59,875 bases of DNA, filler included, from Sandaracinaceae bacterium (GCA_947483975.1; 6 parts of 6 records of this genome joined end to end with filler, not necessarily neighbours in it), one strand, 5' to 3'. Counted from the first letter of the whole stretch, positions 30,120-40,079 are shown. The notes: generated from the letters alone by a model not told the origin. Translations and numbers: made by a program.

Positions 30120-30817
30120 GGTCGTCGCCGCGGCTCTGCTTCACACGCCGCGTCGATCAACGCGGCCAGCCTCGGCGGCCACGCAGCCGCGCTCGCGCCC
30201 GCCGCGGCGACGAGCGTCTTGCCGAGCGCGAACAGGTCCGACGCCACCGACACCGCCGCGCCCTCGAGCAGCTCCGGCGCGAGAAAGCCATGCGTGCCGC
30301 CGATCACCGTCGCACCGAGCGGCGTCGCCAGCCCGAGGTCGATCAGCCGCACTCGCCCGCCGGCCTCCACGAGCACGTGCTCCGGCTTCAGGTCGCCGTG
30401 CGCGAGGCCAGCCTCGTGCAGCGCCCGCAACACCCCGAGCAGCGCCCGCGTCACGCGCTCCGCGTCGCCTGGTCGCCGGGCGAGGTGCGCGTCGAGCGCG
30501 GTGCCCTCGACCCGCTCGAGCACCGCCACGTCCTCGCTCGCCCCCGCGACGCTCGCCCTCACGCGCCTGAGCGCCGGGTGAGCCAACCGCAGCGCCACCT
30601 CGACCTCCCGCGCGAGGGCAACCCGGGCCTCCGGTGCGCGGGCCGACTTCAGCACCACTTGGGGGGCGTCCGGGAGGCTCAGCCGATCGTTTCCCCCTAC
30701 AATATCCGTGTTTCGATCCTCAACCTCGGTCGGTTCGCGCTCAACGTCGGTCGGTTGGAGGCCCGGCGGAGCGCCTGCCCCGAAGCGTCGTCGCACCAGC
30801 TCGAGAATAGTATCCAT
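30120..30817 (-). CDS. Ser/Thr kinase-domain protein, 3'-truncated
   Basis: VVLK, HGDLKPEHV, IDLGLA, GTHGFLAPE, SDLFALG; start uncertain. Confidence 0.82.
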
Positions 30818-30886
30818 CGCGTAACTCGAAACTGTACGCGATACACTAACGCTCTGCTCATCCTTCGAAAAACGCGCGCGCTTCCG

Positions 30887-30903
30887 CTGGCTCGCCGGTT
30901 GCA
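30887..30903 (+). promoter_or_regulatory. sigma54 (-24/-12) promoter
   Basis: CTGGCTCGCCGGTTGCA against consensus TGGCACG-N4-TTGCW; GG-N10-GC exact; 23 bp before ATG 30927 with AGGAGG RBS. Confidence 0.72.
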
Positions 30904-30926
30904 CAGTCCCGGCCCAGGAGGCTTCC

Positions 30927-31898
30927 ATGTTTCATCAGACTCAGACCGCTCTCGCCTTGGCCGCGCTGTCGCTCTTCACCGTCGCGTCGTGCACTGCGGA
31001 CACCCCCGCGCCCGCCGGCGCCAGCTATGCCGTCACCGCGTGTGACGCCGACGCGCGCTGCCTCGCCGACGCGGTCTGCACCGATGGGCTCTGCCTCGTC
31101 ACCTGCGCCGCGGACGCCGACTGCCCCGCGGGCGCCGTCTGCGCGGATGGCGCTTGCTACGCTGACCGCGGTCCCGCGTGCGCGACCGACGCCGAGTGCG
31201 CGACCGCCGAGGCGTGCGTCGCCGGCGCCTGCGTGTCGCTCCCCCCGCTGCTGACCTGCGCCGCCGCCACCGACTGCCCCGCCGGCGCGGCCTGCGTCGC
31301 CGGCAGCTGCATCGCGGTCGACACCTGCGCCGCCGCCGAGACCTGCGGCAACGGCATGGATGACGACTGCAACGGCCTGATCGACGACGGCTGCGCCGCC
31401 GCCTGTACGAGCGACTCCACCTGCGCCGCCGGCGAAGCGTGCGTGTCTGGCGTCTGTGCCCCGACGGCCGCGTGCAGCGCGGACACGGACTGCGCGGCGG
31501 ACCAAGTGTGCGTGTCCGGCGCGTGCGTCGCGGGCTGTGGCGCCGCGGGCACCGTCTGCGCGGCGGGCGAAGCGTGCGTCTCCGGCGTCTGCACGGCGTC
31601 GCCGACCTGCGTGGCCGAGATCTGCGGCAACGGGATCGATGACGACTGCGACGGGACCATCGACGACGGCTGCGCGCCCGTCGCCTGCGCGACCGACTCC
31701 GACTGCGCCGTGGGCCAGACCTGCGTCGCCGCCGTCTGCACCGGGTCTCCGACCTGCGTGCCCGAGGTCTGTGGCAACGGGATCGACGACGACTGCAATG
31801 GCCTGATCGACGACGGCTGCGCGCCCCCCGGCTGCGCGAGCGACTCCGACTGCGCTGTTGGGCAGGTCTGCGTCGCGGCCGTCTGCGTCGCCGCCTGA
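30927..31898 (+). CDS. Cys-rich repeat lipoprotein with three MopE-like motifs
   Basis: Lipobox VASC; many CxxDxDCxxGxxCVxGxC units; ExCGNGxDDDCxGxIDDGC three times. Confidence 0.85.
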   Translation: MFHQTQTALALAALSLFTVASCTADTPAPAGASYAVTACDADARCLADAVCTDGLCLVTCAADADCPAGAVCADGACYADRGPACATDAECATAEACVAGACVSLPPLLTCAAATDCPAGAACVAGSCIAVDTCAAAETCGNGMDDDCNGLIDDGCAAACTSDSTCAAGEACVSGVCAPTAACSADTDCAADQVCVSGACVAGCGAAGTVCAAGEACVSGVCTASPTCVAEICGNGIDDDCDGTIDDGCAPVACATDSDCAVGQTCVAAVCTGSPTCVPEVCGNGIDDDCNGLIDDGCAPPGCASDSDCAVGQVCVAAVCVAA

Positions 31899-31980
31899 GC
31901 TTCGCGCTCCCTCTCGGCGACTCTCGACTCGAGCGCGCGGCGAAGCCTCTTTCGCCGCGCGCGTATGCTGGAGGCACTCG

Positions 31981-32601
31981 ATGACTCGCTCCCACGCCCG
32001 CCGCTCGCTCGCCTCGCTCCTCGCCGCGCTCGCGCTCTCCGTCAGCGCCTGCGTCGCGACGCCGCTGCCGGATCCACCCTCGGCGCGTCCGAGCGCGATG
32101 GCCCTGAGCGCGCCGCAGCCAGCCCAACTTCTCCTCGTCGGCATGGACGGCGCGATCATCGGCGGAGCCTCACGCCTGCGCGTCACCGACCCGAGCACCG
32201 CGGACCTCGGTGGGCGCGTGGAGGCGGCCGTGTCCGCACCGGGCGCGTTCTCCGCGACCCTCGCGGGCGCCCTCGCGGACGTGCTCTACCTCGAGGCCGT
32301 CGAGCCTGCGGGCGACGTCTTCCTCGCCGCGGTCACCCTCCAAGCGGGCGTCGTCGCCTCGGTCGACCCGGGGCTCGACCGCGACGCGGACGGCTCCCCC
32401 GACGCCATCGACTGCGCGCCGGACGACCCGCTGCTGCTCGCCCGCGAGTGCCCGACGGGTGCCGCCTGCGCCACCGACCTGGACTGCGCCGCCGGCCAGG
32501 TCTGCGTCGCGGGCGTGTGTCGCGCTTCGAGTTGTGTCCCAGAGATCTGCGGCAATGGCCTCGACGACGACTGCAATGGCGTCATCGATGATGGGTGTTG
32601 A
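31981..32601 (+). CDS. Lipoprotein with the same Cys-rich/MopE-like C-terminal module
   Basis: Lipobox VSAC; DRDADGSPDAIDCAP; CATDLDC...; EICGNGLDDDCNGVIDDGC. Confidence 0.82.
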   Translation: MTRSHARRSLASLLAALALSVSACVATPLPDPPSARPSAMALSAPQPAQLLLVGMDGAIIGGASRLRVTDPSTADLGGRVEAAVSAPGAFSATLAGALADVLYLEAVEPAGDVFLAAVTLQAGVVASVDPGLDRDADGSPDAIDCAPDDPLLLARECPTGAACATDLDCAAGQVCVAGVCRASSCVPEICGNGLDDDCNGVIDDGC

Positions 32602-32616
32602 GTCGCGTGTGCGCGG

Positions 32617-35600
32617 TCAGTAGCAAGCCGCGTTGATCACATACGAGTTCTCGCTCGAGTCGTAGAAGACCGTCATCGCGTGTCCTGACGCGAAGGGCGC
32701 GTCGTCAGGCGGGTTGCTGTAGAAACCGCCGGGATACGCGCCCGCCACGGGCCCGAGGTCGCTGCGCCGACGGGCGGTCATGGCCCCCGACCAGAACACC
32801 CACACATAGGCGGGCGTGACGACCGCGCGCACCTCGCCATCCGGATTGCCGATTCCCGCCGAAATCGCCGTCGCCGTCCCGATGGCGACTCCGTCGGTCG
32901 TCACGAATTGGGCGCGTAGGCCCAAGCCCGAACCCTTCGGCCACACGACGACATAGTGCCCATCCAACGGGCGTAGGTCGTATTGATCCGGCCCGCCGGT
33001 CGGGATGAGCACCACCGGCGCGAGCGCCAGCGCGCCCGTGGTCGCGACGCGCGCTATCTTCAGAGTGCCCCGCGGCGCCTGGAAGATCAGCGCGAACGTG
33101 CCCGTCGCCGGATCCCAGCGCGGACGAATCGGAGCTCCTCCGGCTCCGCCCGTCGACGCTAGCGCCGGCAGGGTCCCCACGACGACTCCGGTGGCGACAC
33201 GCACCACCTCCGCGACGTCGAGACCATCCTGGTCCCACGTCACCAGCGCGTAGGTGCCAGTCGGATCGACCGCGATGTACGGGCGCGCCGGAGAGGCGAC
33301 TCCGCTGCTCAGCGCGACTGGCCCAGCGAGCACCGTCCCGTCGAGCGCCGCGCGAAGGAAGTACGTCTGTGGCGTGCCGCTCCGGTTGTCGAGGTACGTC
33401 ACGACGAAAGAACCACCCGCCCAAGCGACGGACGGGTTGTACTCGTCGGAGAGCTCGCTCGTCAGGTATCGGAGGTCTTGAACTTTGTGCCCGTCGATCG
33501 CGTGCACGGTGAACGCCAGGTCCCGCGAGCCACGGTGGGTGTCCACGATCGCAGAGATCTGTTGCGTCCCCGTCCACGCAGTGCTCCCGGTCCCGTACCA
33601 CACGCCCATGCCACCGACCGAAACCGAGAACGTCGACCGCATATCGTCTGCGATTCCATTGCAGTCGTCGTCGAGTCCGTTGCAGTCCGCCGGCACCGGC
33701 GAGCCGGGGTAGGTCGTCGCCCGCGTGTCGTCGCAGTCGTCGCAGACTCCCGTGCACGCGGCGCCGCACGCTGTCGTCGCGTGCCCGTCGCGGTCGACAT
33801 CCTCCACGAGCGCGCCGAGCACACCGTCGCAGTCGTCGTCGCGCCCGTCGCAGAGCTCCGCGGCGCCGGGATGCGCCTCTGAGCGCGCGTCGTCGCAGTC
33901 GCCACAGGCGCCGACACACGCGGCCCCACAGCTTGCTCGCGCGTAGCCGTCGCGGTCCGCGTCTTCGGCGCCTCCGAGTCCTCCGCCACAGTCGCTGTCG
34001 AGCCCGTCACAGCCCTCGTCCGCACCCGGATGAACGTTGGAGTGCGAGTCGTCGCAGTCAGTCCCTCCGCAGGCGACGTCGGCGTAGTGGTCGCCGTCGT
34101 CGTCCTCGCCGACCATCAACACACCATCGCAATTGTCGTCGACCGCGTCGCAACGTTCCGCGACCCCGGGATGAATCGTAGGGTCGTTGTCGTTGCAATC
34201 CGCTCCGCCGCAACCGATGGAGACGTAGCGATCCCCGTCCACGTCTTCGCCAGGCCCGTCGAACGCACCGTTGCAGTTGTTGTCGAGGCCGTCGCAGCGC
34301 TCGGTCGCCCCTGCAAACACCGTCGGATTCGTGTCGTCGCAGTCGCCGCCGCCGCACGCGATGCTCGCGCGCCCGTCTCGGTCCGCGTCCTCAGCCGTCC
34401 CGAGCACTCCGTTGCAGTCGTTGTCGCGCCCGTCGCAGAGTTCCGGCGCGCCGGGGTAGACGTCTGCACGGGTGTTGTCGCAGTCGTCTCCTCCGCACGC
34501 GGGGATCGTATGTCCATCGCGATCGGGGTCTTCGCCCGGGTAGTCGAGCAGGCCGTTGCAGTCGTTGTCCACTCCATCACAGACCTCCGGAGCGCCAGGG
34601 TTCCGGGAAGGTCGACTGTCGTCGCAGTCCGTCGCGGCAGAGGCGTAGCCAGCGGGTTGGGCGCACGCCCGCAGGATCGCGCCGGGGGCGCCGATGGCCA
34701 CCGTGCCATAGCCGTCGAGGTCGGCGTCCCGGTAGAACGTCTGGAGCACGCCGTCGTCGACCACCAGGTCGCAGTCGTTGTCCACTCCATCGCAGACCTC
34801 GGGCGCCGCCGGGTTCCGCGACGGGCTCCCGTCGTCGCAGTCGCCAGCGATGTCCCGGTAGCCGGTCGGTCGCACGCACGCCTCGACCGTCGCCGTGGCG
34901 CGACCATAACCATCCGCGTCGGAGTCCTGATACCAGATCGGAACGGCCACGCCGTTGTCGACGACCCCATCACAGTCGTTGTCGATTCCATCGCAGAACT
35001 CGGGAAGCGCGGGGCTGCGGCGACTCGCGGTGTCATCGCAATCTCCCGCGAGGGGCGAGTATCCGGCCGGTCGCGCACACGCGGTGAGGACATCCGTCGT
35101 GACGCCGAAGCCGTCCCCGTCCACATCGCGGTAGTAGGAGAGCGCGACACCCTCGTCGACGAGCGCGTCACAGTCGTTGTCCACGCCGTCGCAGACCTCC
35201 GGCGCAGCGGGGTTGCGGGATGGATTTGTGTCGTCGCAGTCCCCGGCGAGCAACACACGCCCAGCGACCGCCGCGCAACTCGCCACCGAGTCGCTCGCGC
35301 TGCCATGTCCGTCGCCGTCGGCGTCGCGATACCAGTTCGTCACCATGGCGGAGTTGTCAATCACCCCATCACAGTCGTTGTCGACCCCGTCGCAGACCTC
35401 GGGGAGCGCGGGGCTCCGCGCCGCTGCACCGTCGTCGCAGTCTCCGGCTCGGTCTGCGTAATCCGCAGGCCGCGAGCAAGCGTCGGTAGTCGCGCTCGCG
35501 AGGCCGTACCCGTCATGGTCCTGATCGCGATAGTAGGTGTGACTGACGAATTCATCCGTCGTGCCATCGCAGTCGTTGTCCACTCCATCGCAGACCTCTG

Positions 35601-36342
35601 GGGCCCCCGGGTTTCGCCCGGCCTGCGCATCGTCACAGTCAGTCGAGTCCTCGACGTAGCCAGCAGTCGGCACGCATCCGACCGCCACGACGCTGCCCGG
35701 ATCACCAAACCCGTCGCCATCTGCGTCGAGATGAAAGGTGCGAGTCACGCCTTCGTCGATTTCTCCATCGCAGTCGTTGTCGCGCCCGTCGCACGTCTCG
35801 GTCGCATCCGGGTGCACCCCCGGCCGCTCCGGATCGCAGTCGGTCCCGCAGACGATCGAGGCTCCTGCGCCGTTGCAGCAGGCGTCCGAGGAGTAGCCGT
35901 CACCGTCCGTGTCGAGAAAGCCGAACGTGGCCTCGTTGCAGTCTTCGTCGTCGCCGTCGCAGACCTCGGTCGCACCGGGATAGCGGCTTGGGTCCGCATC
36001 ATCGCAGTCGCCGTCGCACTGCGACGTGCCATCGCCGTCCGCATCAACCCCGGAGCACGCCCGGCAGGCGCTCGCGCGTTCGTCGCAGGTTTCACCTGGG
36101 GAACACTCGACCGGAGTGCCGCTGACACAACCGCGTTCGTCGGCGTCGGCAGTACCTGGCGCGCAGCGCTCCGCTCCGTTGCAATAGATGACGTCGCTGC
36201 ACTGCGCCGCGGTCGTGCAGAGCACCGTCGCGTCCACGCCGCCGTCGTCCCCGCCGTCGAGCGGCGGGGCTACGCCGTCGCCGTTGCAGGCGCCTAATAG
36301 CAGCACGACCACGAGCACGAGGGCGAAAGACCAGCTGCGCAT
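32617..36342 (-). CDS. 1241-aa lipoprotein with 14 MopE-like putative metal-binding repeats and a C-terminal beta-rich domain
   Basis: Lipobox LGAC; 14 counted DCDD-x(6)-PGAxExCDGxDNDC units with DxDxDG linkers. Confidence 0.9.
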   Translation of the reverse strand: MRSWSFALVLVVVLLLGACNGDGVAPPLDGGDDGGVDATVLCTTAAQCSDVIYCNGAERCAPGTADADERGCVSGTPVECSPGETCDERASACRACSGVDADGDGTSQCDGDCDDADPSRYPGATEVCDGDDEDCNEATFGFLDTDGDGYSSDACCNGAGASIVCGTDCDPERPGVHPDATETCDGRDNDCDGEIDEGVTRTFHLDADGDGFGDPGSVVAVGCVPTAGYVEDSTDCDDAQAGRNPGAPEVCDGVDNDCDGTTDEFVSHTYYRDQDHDGYGLASATTDACSRPADYADRAGDCDDGAAARSPALPEVCDGVDNDCDGVIDNSAMVTNWYRDADGDGHGSASDSVASCAAVAGRVLLAGDCDDTNPSRNPAAPEVCDGVDNDCDALVDEGVALSYYRDVDGDGFGVTTDVLTACARPAGYSPLAGDCDDTASRRSPALPEFCDGIDNDCDGVVDNGVAVPIWYQDSDADGYGRATATVEACVRPTGYRDIAGDCDDGSPSRNPAAPEVCDGVDNDCDLVVDDGVLQTFYRDADLDGYGTVAIGAPGAILRACAQPAGYASAATDCDDSRPSRNPGAPEVCDGVDNDCNGLLDYPGEDPDRDGHTIPACGGDDCDNTRADVYPGAPELCDGRDNDCNGVLGTAEDADRDGRASIACGGGDCDDTNPTVFAGATERCDGLDNNCNGAFDGPGEDVDGDRYVSIGCGGADCNDNDPTIHPGVAERCDAVDDNCDGVLMVGEDDDGDHYADVACGGTDCDDSHSNVHPGADEGCDGLDSDCGGGLGGAEDADRDGYARASCGAACVGACGDCDDARSEAHPGAAELCDGRDDDCDGVLGALVEDVDRDGHATTACGAACTGVCDDCDDTRATTYPGSPVPADCNGLDDDCNGIADDMRSTFSVSVGGMGVWYGTGSTAWTGTQQISAIVDTHRGSRDLAFTVHAIDGHKVQDLRYLTSELSDEYNPSVAWAGGSFVVTYLDNRSGTPQTYFLRAALDGTVLAGPVALSSGVASPARPYIAVDPTGTYALVTWDQDGLDVAEVVRVATGVVVGTLPALASTGGAGGAPIRPRWDPATGTFALIFQAPRGTLKIARVATTGALALAPVVLIPTGGPDQYDLRPLDGHYVVVWPKGSGLGLRAQFVTTDGVAIGTATAISAGIGNPDGEVRAVVTPAYVWVFWSGAMTARRRSDLGPVAGAYPGGFYSNPPDDAPFASGHAMTVFYDSSENSYVINAACY

Positions 36343-36428
36343 CAGGCCCTCGGGAGCTGTGGTGGGAACGCAGACCTTAGTGGCCTGGCTTACAGTCTGT
36401 CAAGACCGCACCCGAAACGCAGCGCCCG

Positions 36429-37808
36429 TCAATTCCACGGATCGACCATCTGATCGGTCCTCTGCATCATCTGTAGCGGCGCCCGTCGCGCCGCCGCAGG
36501 CACGACGAAGGTCGGCCCCGCGACCCGCCCCACGTTCGCGCCCATCAGCCACGGATTGGCGACGAGCGCGCCGTTGTTCGCGGTGCCGCCATTGCCCCCG
36601 TTGCTCGCGAGGCGCGTGCGCGCGGTCGACGGCGCCGCGGCAGTCGGTCCGCCGCCACCGCAGGTGAACGTCGCGGAGAACGACTCGAACGTGCCGACGT
36701 CCGCGTCGACGTCGTCGCGCACGATCACCTCCCAGCGCCCGCGCGCGCTCTGCCCAACGAAGCGCGACAGCGCCGTCCGCGAGTTCGCGAGCGTGAACGT
36801 GCGCGGCGCGAGGCGGCGCGCCGCGTGGTTGTGCAGAATGGCAAGCTCGCCCGAGGGAGAGCGCAGCGACACGCGCAGATCGCTCGTGCAGGTGTGGCGA
36901 ACCTGGACCGTCACGGCGAGGTCCTGAATCGTGCACTCGCCGGTATACTCCGCGCCTTGCGTGACCGTCGTGAAGTCGCCCACTCGCTGCGGCGTCGCCG
37001 ACTGAATCGTCTCGCCCGGCGTCCCAGTCCCGCCGCCCGCCGCGACGACGAAGGCGAGCGCGGCGTGCAACACCAGCTCTCCGCGCTGCGGGCGTCCCTC
37101 GACGCGGGTCGCGGGCTGACCGCGCGCCGCGACCACGAACGCGAGCGGCGCCGCCAGCTCCGCGGCCGTCGCCGGGTACTGAAACATCGCGGGCGTCGTC
37201 CCGAGCACTTGGCCGCCCGGCGTGCGCACCTCCGCGCCGCTCGGCTCGCTCGTCACCGTCACCGACACCGTGGAGTCGCCCGCCGTGCCCGCGCTCGCCA
37301 CGTCGCCCGCGCCGCTCCCCGGCGCGCCGAGGCGGACTCGGCTCTTGTCGTTCTTCGTGATCGCGAGCTCATAGGGCAGCCGCGCCGTGCTCGAGAGGCG
37401 CGCGGCGACCCACACCTCGTAGCGCCCGGGCGCGAGCAGCCCGAGGTGCGGCGCGTGTCCGGTGCCCGCGTCGTCGTCGCACGCCGCGCCGTCGGGCCCC
37501 ACGATGGCCAGCGACAACGGGCCGCGCGCCGACCGCGCGATGACGTCCACCTTCATGGGTTCGACGAGCGTGAGCACCTGATCCGGCCCGCCCTCCGCGA
37601 GAAAGCCGACGCACCCCGCGACGAGGTCGGCGGCCGAACGCGCTCCTCCGGCCACGCCGGTCAGCGTCGCGTCGGGGGCGGCGTGCGTCAGGCGAATGGA
37701 CGCGTAGCGCGGCTCGGGCGGGCTGCACGCCGCGACGAGCGCCAGCCCGATCAGTGCCAGTCTGCGCAGGAGTTCAGACTGCCGCACTCCACTCCCTGAC
37801 GGCTTCAT
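36429..37808 (-). CDS. Lipoprotein with PEGA-like and proprotein-convertase P-like domains
   Basis: AGGAGG-ATG 37808; LVAAC; VTSEPSGAEV...LGTTP; VRHTCTSDLRVSLRSPSG...FVGQSARGRWEVIVRD. Confidence 0.8.
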   Translation of the reverse strand: MKPSGSGVRQSELLRRLALIGLALVAACSPPEPRYASIRLTHAAPDATLTGVAGGARSAADLVAGCVGFLAEGGPDQVLTLVEPMKVDVIARSARGPLSLAIVGPDGAACDDDAGTGHAPHLGLLAPGRYEVWVAARLSSTARLPYELAITKNDKSRVRLGAPGSGAGDVASAGTAGDSTVSVTVTSEPSGAEVRTPGGQVLGTTPAMFQYPATAAELAAPLAFVVAARGQPATRVEGRPQRGELVLHAALAFVVAAGGGTGTPGETIQSATPQRVGDFTTVTQGAEYTGECTIQDLAVTVQVRHTCTSDLRVSLRSPSGELAILHNHAARRLAPRTFTLANSRTALSRFVGQSARGRWEVIVRDDVDADVGTFESFSATFTCGGGGPTAAAPSTARTRLASNGGNGGTANNGALVANPWLMGANVGRVAGPTFVVPAAARRAPLQMMQRTDQMVDPWN

Positions 37809-37958
37809 CTGTCCTCCTGAAATACAAGACGTTACAGCCTCTTGAGACGGACACGCGCGCTCGCTGTCTGCTGTCGAACACGCCCTCACGCGGCTTCCTC
37901 GGGGACACGCCTTCATGCGGCTTCCTTGGGGACACGCCTTCATGCGGCTTCCTTCTCG
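37809..37958 (-). repeat. 27-bp tandem array with polar decay filling the intergenic region
   Basis: ACACGC recurs on + at 37851, 37878, 37905, 37932; minus-frame peptide MKACPQGSR MKACPRGSR VRACSTADS ERACPSQEA VTSCISGGQ. Confidence 0.85.
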
Positions 37959-39979
37959 AGTTGTGGCGCGCTCGGGCTGCCGCGGCGCGTCGCTGCGACG
38001 GTGAGGGCCGCGCGCTTCTCGGGCAGGCGCAGCAGCAAGAGCCCGAGCAGATAGAGCGCGAGGGCCGCGCAGAGCAGGGGAAAGCGCAGCGAGCGCGGGA
38101 ACGACTCCTCCGCGCCGGTCTTTGCGAGCACGTCCGCCGGAGTCGCGAGCAGTCGACCGCCGCCGAGCGTCGCGAGCGCCGTCAGCGCGTCGCGGTCGGC
38201 GCCGAACGCGCTCAACTCCTCTGCATAGCTGTGGTCGACGGCCGCCGCCGCGGTCGGCTCCGGGTCCCACGGCATGCGCGCCGACACGACGAAGCCGTCT
38301 CCGACGCTCACCTCGGACTGCCACACACCTGGCCCCACGAGGCGCAGCGCGGGAGTCTCCGCCTCGCCCGTGCGCGCGCGCGCCAAGCGGACGACGGGCA
38401 CCGGGTCGCTGCCGATCGTCGGGCCCGTGATCGTGAGGATGCGCGAGTCGGGGCGGCGCGGATCGCGGTCGAGGCGGACGCCCACCGGGTCGGCTGTGCG
38501 CGGCCGCAGCATGGCGCGCGCGATACCCGACCAGAGCGCGTGATAGCCGGGCCACGCGCGCCAGTCGTCCGCCCAGCCGCCGTTCGTCGCGCTCGTGAAC
38601 GTCGCGACTTGTCCGAGCCCACGGTGCCAGTGCGCGAGCAGCGGCATGCCGTCGGGCGCAGAGAGCAGCGTGTCGGCCTCGCGTCGCGCGTCCGCGAGCG
38701 CGAAGCCCGTCAGCGCGGGCGCGCTCGAGATGTCGGTGCCGTCGAGGAGCGGGGAGGGCGTCACCACGGAGGTCGTGAACGACACCTGCCGACTGCCCGG
38801 CTGCTGCCGGAATTGCGACTCGCGCACCATCAGGGACGGCAGCGAGCCGACGCTCTGCGTGACGTGATAGCGACCGCGCCCGATGGCCGCGATCTCCGCC
38901 ATCAGCGGGTTGCGCGAGCCGAGCGAGATCACGCTGATCGTGGCCCCGCGCCCCGCGACCATGCGCGCCGCCGCGAGCGCGGGCTCCGGATCGCTCTCGC
39001 CGTCGGAGAGCAGGATGACGTGATGGATGTAGCGCGGGTCGCTCGTGACGACGCTCGCCGCCGCGCGGAGCGCCGCGCCGAGGTCCGTGCCGCCGCTCGC
39101 GCCGACGGTGTTGATGTACGCGGCGAGGTCCGCGAAGCCCGTCGAGGGCACCGGCGCCCGCACATGATCGGCGCCGTCGGAGAACGCGACGAAGCCCGCC
39201 GTCGCGTCCACGCGCAGCGACATCACCGCGAGCGCCGCCGCGCGCCGCGCCGTCGAGATCGGGTTGCCGTCCATCGACGACGAGCGATCGAGCACGAGCA
39301 CCAGCTCGAGCGGGCGCGGCTCGGGGATGGCGGCGGGCGGCTTCACGGGCTCGATCTCGCGCAGCGTGTCGGGCTCGCGGTGGATCGCGTGATCGCCCGT
39401 GATCGTGACGAGCCCGCCGCCGCGTCGCTCGACCCACCGCCGCAAGGCGCTCTGCTGCGCGTCGCTCAGCGTCGCGAGATCCAGCTCGTCGAGCACCACG
39501 AGCGCGTACCGCTCGAGCGCGTCCGCCGTCAGCGTCGCCTCCGGCACGCGCACCGCGTCGACCCCGTAGCGCGCCGCGCGGAGCACGCTCGCGAGCGCAG
39601 GCTCGCCGCCCGCCGCGAGCTGATGCACGAGCAGCACGCGCGGCCGCGGCGTCACCTGCACGAGCGCGCGGAGGTGATCGTTCTCGACGATGGAGCTCGC
39701 CGGGGACGTCGCGCGCACCTCGACTTGGTGCACGCCCTCGTCGTCGGGGAACGTCACCGACACGCGGTGCACGCTCGTCCCCTCGGCCGCCGTCACGCGC
39801 TCGGTCGAGACGACGCGCTCGTCCACCAACACCTCGAGCGACGCGCTCGTCTCGCGGGTCGCGCGCAGCTCCGCGCCGACGTCGAGCGTCTCGCCCCCGC
39901 GCACGAGGCGCGGCACCTCGAGCCTCGACAGCAGCAGCCCATCGGCGGTCGGCGCGTCGCCGAGCGGCAGCACCTCGAC
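37940..39979 (-). CDS. VWA-domain membrane protein with Ig-like and GATase-like segments, 5'-truncated
   Basis: MIDAS LVLDRSSSM, GGTD, ILLSDG; WVERRGGGLV; HRGLGQV; C-terminal TM. Confidence 0.88.
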   Translation of the reverse strand, partial: VEVLPLGDAPTADGLLLSRLEVPRLVRGGETLDVGAELRATRETSASLEVLVDERVVSTERVTAAEGTSVHRVSVTFPDDEGVHQVEVRATSPASSIVENDHLRALVQVTPRPRVLLVHQLAAGGEPALASVLRAARYGVDAVRVPEATLTADALERYALVVLDELDLATLSDAQQSALRRWVERRGGGLVTITGDHAIHREPDTLREIEPVKPPAAIPEPRPLELVLVLDRSSSMDGNPISTARRAAALAVMSLRVDATAGFVAFSDGADHVRAPVPSTGFADLAAYINTVGASGGTDLGAALRAAASVVTSDPRYIHHVILLSDGESDPEPALAAARMVAGRGATISVISLGSRNPLMAEIAAIGRGRYHVTQSVGSLPSLMVRESQFRQQPGSRQVSFTTSVVTPSPLLDGTDISSAPALTGFALADARREADTLLSAPDGMPLLAHWHRGLGQVATFTSATNGGWADDWRAWPGYHALWSGIARAMLRPRTADPVGVRLDRDPRRPDSRILTITGPTIGSDPVPVVRLARARTGEAETPALRLVGPGVWQSEVSVGDGFVVSARMPWDPEPTAAAAVDHSYAEELSAFGADRDALTALATLGGGRLLATPADVLAKTGAEESFPRSLRFPLLCAALALYLLGLLLLRLPEKRAALTVAATRRGSPSAPQLEKEAA

Positions 39980-40079
39980 NNNNNNNNNNNNNNNNNNNNN
40001 NNNNNNNNNNNNNNNNNNNNNNNTTAATTAATTAANNNNNNNNNNNNNNNNNNNNNNNNNNNNNNNNNNNNNNNNNNNN
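39980..40079. other. Artificial contig spacer
   Basis: N44-TTAATTAATTAA-N44. Confidence 0.98.

Noticed and set aside
37851..37958. 27-bp repeats as a mini CRISPR array (also 12164-12217)
   Set aside because: Units are head-to-tail with no spacers and no cas genes
36429..39437. 1002-aa ORF in the track
   Set aside because: The upstream 500 aa are an Arg-rich shadow frame over the VWA gene; only the part from about 37808 looks like protein
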